This document shows positions 60,774 to 64,000 of a DNA stretch of 64,000 nt, one piece after another. The notes beneath the pieces are model-generated. The model had not been told where the DNA came from and did not search any database. It saw only the letters and a program-made list of their open reading frames with translations. Within the stretch, counting starts at the first letter, position 1, and every line of letters starts with the position of its first letter. The DNA comes from Eubacteriales bacterium. Lineage in GTDB: Bacteria; Bacillota; Clostridia; Oscillospirales; CAG-272. Location of the stretch: NCBI GenBank assembly GCA_045587385.1, contig JAZNCE010000007.1, forward strand, positions 1,090 to 65,089. The letters run 5' to 3'. Both the position numbers and the translations under genes were made by a program.

Positions 60774-61685
60774 ATGGATTGGATTACAGGAATGCAAAAA
60801 GCGATCGATTATATCGAGGCGAATTTGACCGAAGAAATCGATTACGAAAAGGTGGCTGCCGAAAGTTTTTCTTCAAGCTATCATTTTCAAAGAGTGTTCA
60901 GTATTCTTTGTGGATACACTCTTGGAGAATATATTAGGCTACGCCGTCTATCATTAGCAGGCGCAGAACTTGCAAACGGCAAAGAAAAAGTGATTGACAT
61001 TGCGCTGAAATACGGTTACGATAGCCCAGATAGTTTTGCTAAAGCATTTCAAAAATTCCATGGTATTACTCCGTCGCAGGCGCGCGCAGATGGAAGTAAA
61101 CTTAAATCCTTTTCTCGCTTGTCAATAAAAATTTCATTGGAAGGCGGTAGCATTATGAATTATCGAATTGAAACCAAACCACAGTTTACACTTCTCGGCT
61201 ATAAAAAGCGTTTTGAGGGCACTCCTTACGATGAGTTACGCCATAAGCAAGAAGGCGATTTCTTTATTACCACCAGAGCACATCAATGGATGCTAAAAGG
61301 AATGGCAAATGATAAGCTATCCGATTATTGCGTTATAACAAATATGAATGATGACGGATATGATTTTTACATTGCTTCAACGACAGACAATTGGGAGCGC
61401 GATAACTTGTACAATAGCAAAGTCACAGGAATAGATTTTATGGATAAATTCCAATTTGAAGAGATTATTATTCCTGAAAGAACTTACGCTATTTTTGAAA
61501 CCGAAAAGCAGAGAATGCCTATCCCAGAATATTTTGATCTTCGCAAGCAAATTGCCGCAGAATGGCTATCCAATAACGAATACCAAATGATCAATGCACC
61601 GGAAATTGCAGTCTATCATTGGGGAATCGTCGGAGGCTATACCGAAAGAACAATAGAGATTTGGATTCCCATCGAAAAGAAATGA
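60774..61685 (+). CDS. AraC-family transcriptional regulator with a GyrI-like effector-binding domain
   Basis: N-terminal AraC HTH pair (SSYHFQRVFSILCGYTLGEYIRLRRL...GYDSPDSFAKAFQKFHGITPSQAR). The C-terminal 160 aa are GyrI-like. AT-rich. Confidence 0.88.
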   Translation: MDWITGMQKAIDYIEANLTEEIDYEKVAAESFSSSYHFQRVFSILCGYTLGEYIRLRRLSLAGAELANGKEKVIDIALKYGYDSPDSFAKAFQKFHGITPSQARADGSKLKSFSRLSIKISLEGGSIMNYRIETKPQFTLLGYKKRFEGTPYDELRHKQEGDFFITTRAHQWMLKGMANDKLSDYCVITNMNDDGYDFYIASTTDNWERDNLYNSKVTGIDFMDKFQFEEIIIPERTYAIFETEKQRMPIPEYFDLRKQIAAEWLSNNEYQMINAPEIAVYHWGIVGGYTERTIEIWIPIEKK

Positions 61686-61692
61686 TTTATTT

Positions 61693-61719
61693 GCCCCGCC
61701 TCGCGCGGGGTTTTTCTTT
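61693..61719 (+). terminator. rho-independent terminator (repeat copy A)
   Basis: GCCCCGC-CTCGC-GCGGGG followed by TTTTTCTTTG. It is almost identical to 63138-63170. Confidence 0.8.
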
Positions 61720-61816
61720 GATTCTTGCATCACAGTTTTTGAACCGCGTGACGGCGGGACAAGTGATAGCTACGGTATTCATTTTCTCGCAATCAGCTCG
61801 TTTATCTTCATTCCCT

Positions 61817-61853
61817 CGCTATGCTTGCCCCAGACACAAACGTTGGGAAAAGC
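61817..61853 (+). repeat. upstream repeat copy B
   Basis: CGCTATGCTTGCCCCAGACACAAACGTTGGGAAAAGC; see 60618-60653. Confidence 0.75.
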
Positions 61854-61964
61854 AAAAAAACAAACATTGGTTGAGTCGTAAACAACTATTTGATAATTGT
61901 TTTTTTACAAATATATGCTATAATGTAATTACACCGGTGATAACTATTTCAAGGAGGAACTTTT

Positions 61965-63131
61965 ATGCAACTTAACTTAGGTGTTAAAATTAGAGAACTG
62001 CGCAAACGTGATGGGCGTACACAAGATAATCTTGCAGAAGCTCTCGGCGTAACTGCACAGGCTGTATCACGCTGGGAGTCAGGTGGTAGTTATCCCGACA
62101 TGGAGATGATTCCAGCTATCGCAAATTACTTCCATGTGTCGATTGATGAGCTATTTGGATATCACGATGAACGAGAAGAAAAAATCAAAACCATTCTCGA
62201 AAATGCTACCAAGATACTGACCAAGCAGGGATTTACACTGTTTCAAGGAGGCTTATCGGAAGATGTTGGAGAATGTGTTAATATGCTTCGTGCTGCTTCA
62301 GCGGAATTTCCGAATGAGCCCAAAATACTTTTGAAGCTCGCTCAGGCACTTCACATGTGGGGATTTCATCAATACGGTGCAAAAGTGCGGCCTTCCGATT
62401 CATCCGGTATCATGGAAGAAGATATTGCTTATAACGCACAAAATATTTATTGGCAAGAAGCTGTTCGTGTTTATGAAAATCTTTTGAAATGTCATCCATC
62501 CTCAGAAGACCGCGAAATTGCCATTCGTCAGATAACACCGCTTTATTGCAGAATGGGTGAATACGAAAAGGCAAAGGCACTTGCTAACAATCAAAACACG
62601 CTGGTCATTTCCAAAGAAGTATTGCTACCCTTGGCAACTGTAGGTGAAGAAAAAGCAAGATATCAAGGCGAAAGAATTATGGCTCTTCTTTCCAATCTAC
62701 GATTAGCTATCTCCGAATCGGTTGCCACAAGACCGGCGGTGTCATCTTCTGTATACGGAAGACAAATTCTGTTGTCCATCATTAACCTTTTCGAAACAGT
62801 CTTTGCTGATGGCAAATGTGGCGCTTGGCATCAGAATATCGGTCAATTATATTTGACCTTGGTAAAATACGCAATGGACAACAATGACAGCATTGAAAAT
62901 ATCCTTAATTATTTCGACAAAGGTTTCGACCATTATAAAGAATATTCGCGTATCTGTAATGAAGGTGAGTATCAATATTCTGCCCCACTAATATCGGCGT
63001 TGCCGAAGATAAACAAAGGGGATCTTGTTCCTTTCGGGGACGATATTTGGGAGAAAGAGTTTAGATTCTATCCGCAAAATGTTGTTGAAGAAATTCGCAA
63101 GAATCCCAAATATGTCGAATGTTTTGAATAA
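61965..63131 (+). CDS. XRE-family HTH transcriptional regulator with a long helical (TPR-like) C-terminal domain
   Basis: N-terminal HTH (IRELRKRDGRTQDNLAEALGVTAQAVSRWESG). ATG lies 9 nt after AGGAGG. AT-rich. Confidence 0.85.
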   Translation: MQLNLGVKIRELRKRDGRTQDNLAEALGVTAQAVSRWESGGSYPDMEMIPAIANYFHVSIDELFGYHDEREEKIKTILENATKILTKQGFTLFQGGLSEDVGECVNMLRAASAEFPNEPKILLKLAQALHMWGFHQYGAKVRPSDSSGIMEEDIAYNAQNIYWQEAVRVYENLLKCHPSSEDREIAIRQITPLYCRMGEYEKAKALANNQNTLVISKEVLLPLATVGEEKARYQGERIMALLSNLRLAISESVATRPAVSSSVYGRQILLSIINLFETVFADGKCGAWHQNIGQLYLTLVKYAMDNNDSIENILNYFDKGFDHYKEYSRICNEGEYQYSAPLISALPKINKGDLVPFGDDIWEKEFRFYPQNVVEEIRKNPKYVECFE

Positions 63132-63137
63132 TCTCTC

Positions 63138-63170
63138 GCCCCGCCTCGCGCGGGGCTTTTCTTTATTTTT
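63138..63170 (+). terminator. rho-independent terminator (repeat copy B)
   Basis: GCCCCGC-CTCGC-GCGGGGC followed by TTTTCTTTATTTTT. Confidence 0.8.
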
Positions 63171-63277
63171 GCATATAAAAAAGGCGCTGAGTCATTGAAC
63201 AAGTCCAGTAAAAACGGACAATAGACAAAAAGCACCTCTTATGGTAGAATTAAAGTACTACCATAGGAGGTGTTTTT

Positions 63278-63562
63278 ATGTCAGGAAAAATTGGGATGAA
63301 GAAGTACCCAGAAGATATTAGAGAAAAGATACGTGAAAAATACAAAAAAGGACAATCCGTAAACTCGTTAAGCAAAGAATACGGAATCAGCAGATGGGCA
63401 ATACAAAGCTGGTGTGGGTTAACAGCACAGAGCGAGATTGTTCCAAAGCGACGAGGCAGAAAACCAGCGAAAACGTTACAAGAATACAAATACGAGAACA
63501 AACGATTGAAAATGGAAGTTGAATTATTGCGGGATTTTCTCTCGCTCACAGAAAGGAAGTGA
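63278..63562 (+). CDS. IS3-family transposase OrfA (HTH)
   Basis: GQSVNSLSKEYGISRWAIQSW HTH, followed by a leucine-zipper-like LKMEVELLRDFL. Confidence 0.88.
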   Translation: MSGKIGMKKYPEDIREKIREKYKKGQSVNSLSKEYGISRWAIQSWCGLTAQSEIVPKRRGRKPAKTLQEYKYENKRLKMEVELLRDFLSLTERK

Positions 63563-63579
63563 GAACCAGCGTAAAATTT

Positions 63580-64000
63580 ATGGTAATCTACCGTCATAAA
63601 GATAAATATTCTATTAGCGAAATGTGTAGATTTTTTAATGTATCAAGAAGTGGATATTATGATTATTTAAAGAGAATGGATATGCCGGCAAATGATTTAC
63701 CTTTAGCAGAAAAGATAAAAGAATGTCAGGAAATTTGCGGTAAAACATATGGATATCGCAGAGTGCATATTTGGTTAGAACGAAATGGTATTTATCGTAA
63801 TCCTAAGACCGTGCTTAGAGTGATGCAGAAATACAATCTTTTGTCCGTTGTCAGAAGAAAGAAGTATCATAATTACAACACAGGGATTCATAAATATCCA
63901 AATTTGCTTGATAGAAACTTTACAGCAGACAGACCAAACCAGAAATGGGTAACGGATATATCATATATACATACCAAGCAAGGTGTTTTATATCTGTCAG
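63580..64000 (+). CDS. IS3-family transposase OrfB (partial; integrase catalytic core begins at the window end)
   Basis: My own translation in the -1 frame relative to orfA: MVIYRHKDKYSISEMCRFFNVSRSGYYDYLKR...YGYRRVHIWLERNGIYRNPKTVLRVMQKYNLLS...ADRPNQKWVTDISYIHT. This frame is open from 63523. I saw no canonical A6G-type slippery heptamer in the 63523-63562 overlap. Confidence 0.85.
   Translation, partial: MVIYRHKDKYSISEMCRFFNVSRSGYYDYLKRMDMPANDLPLAEKIKECQEICGKTYGYRRVHIWLERNGIYRNPKTVLRVMQKYNLLSVVRRKKYHNYNTGIHKYPNLLDRNFTADRPNQKWVTDISYIHTKQGVLYLS

Larger units (their letters stand above)
63196..64000 (+). mobile_element. IS3-family insertion sequence, left part (continues past the window end)
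   Basis: orfA and orfB are arranged in the 0/-1 frames. The candidate left terminal repeat begins TGAACAAGTCCAGTAAAAACGG at about 63196. That boundary is inferred, because the right end is not in the window. Confidence 0.75.

Noticed and set aside
63523-63562. A canonical -1 slippery heptamer (A AAA AAG type) in the IS3 orfA/orfB overlap.
   Set aside because: It is not present in the overlap. orfB has its own ATG at 63580, so I do not assert a specific frameshift site.
1-64000. Using the raw count of GTAGGG/CCCTAC hexamers as evidence for a repeat family.
   Set aside because: A 6-mer is expected about 30 times by chance in 64 kb on both strands. Only the copies attached to GC-rich palindromes, together with the long exact repeats, are used as evidence.

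Overview
This is a 64-kb chromosomal window from a fairly GC-rich Firmicutes/Clostridia-type genome. That placement is inferred from gene content: spoVG, hprK, a DUF3794+LysM spore-coat-type protein, many lipobox lipoproteins and AGGAGG Shine-Dalgarno sites. I support about 62 protein genes, one tRNA-Ser(UGA), one partial IS3-family element, no rRNA and no CRISPR array.

The backbone is housekeeping: prfB, nnr, murC, spoVG, hprK, cysK, a pyridoxal-family kinase, mnmM, rtcB, a MoxR-DUF58-DUF4129 operon, a sigma/anti-sigma pair, an ABC-DUF1854-ABC exporter cluster, a GH38 mannosidase, and a cell-wall recycling set (M15 peptidase, GH3, M32 carboxypeptidase).

The backbone is interrupted by visibly AT-rich accessory patches at about 13.8-15.2 kb, 22.9-23.7 kb, 40.7-45.8 kb, 47.0-47.6 kb and 60.6-64.0 kb.

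The signals most worth a second look are:
1. A modular 4.7-kb island of two orphan RHS C-terminal toxin cassettes with immunity-like genes. Each module starts at a consensus-promoter-like direct repeat and ends in a terminator.
2. Arrays of short hairpins with variable, covarying stems. Their closing pairs (A-T, then a T.G wobble) and linker are close to invariant. They flank an AT-rich single gene just after hprK.
3. A family of GTAGGG-headed, REP-like nested palindromes in intergenic regions.
4. A PafBC-like pair of WYL proteins next to two unknown genes, rtcB, and a terminator-bracketed structured region that carries a tRNA T-arm remnant beside tRNA-Ser.
5. Two stand-alone regulators, each embedded in the same upstream and terminator repeats.

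All functional calls rest on motif recognition by eye. No database search was run. Regulatory coordinates may be off by 1-2 nt.
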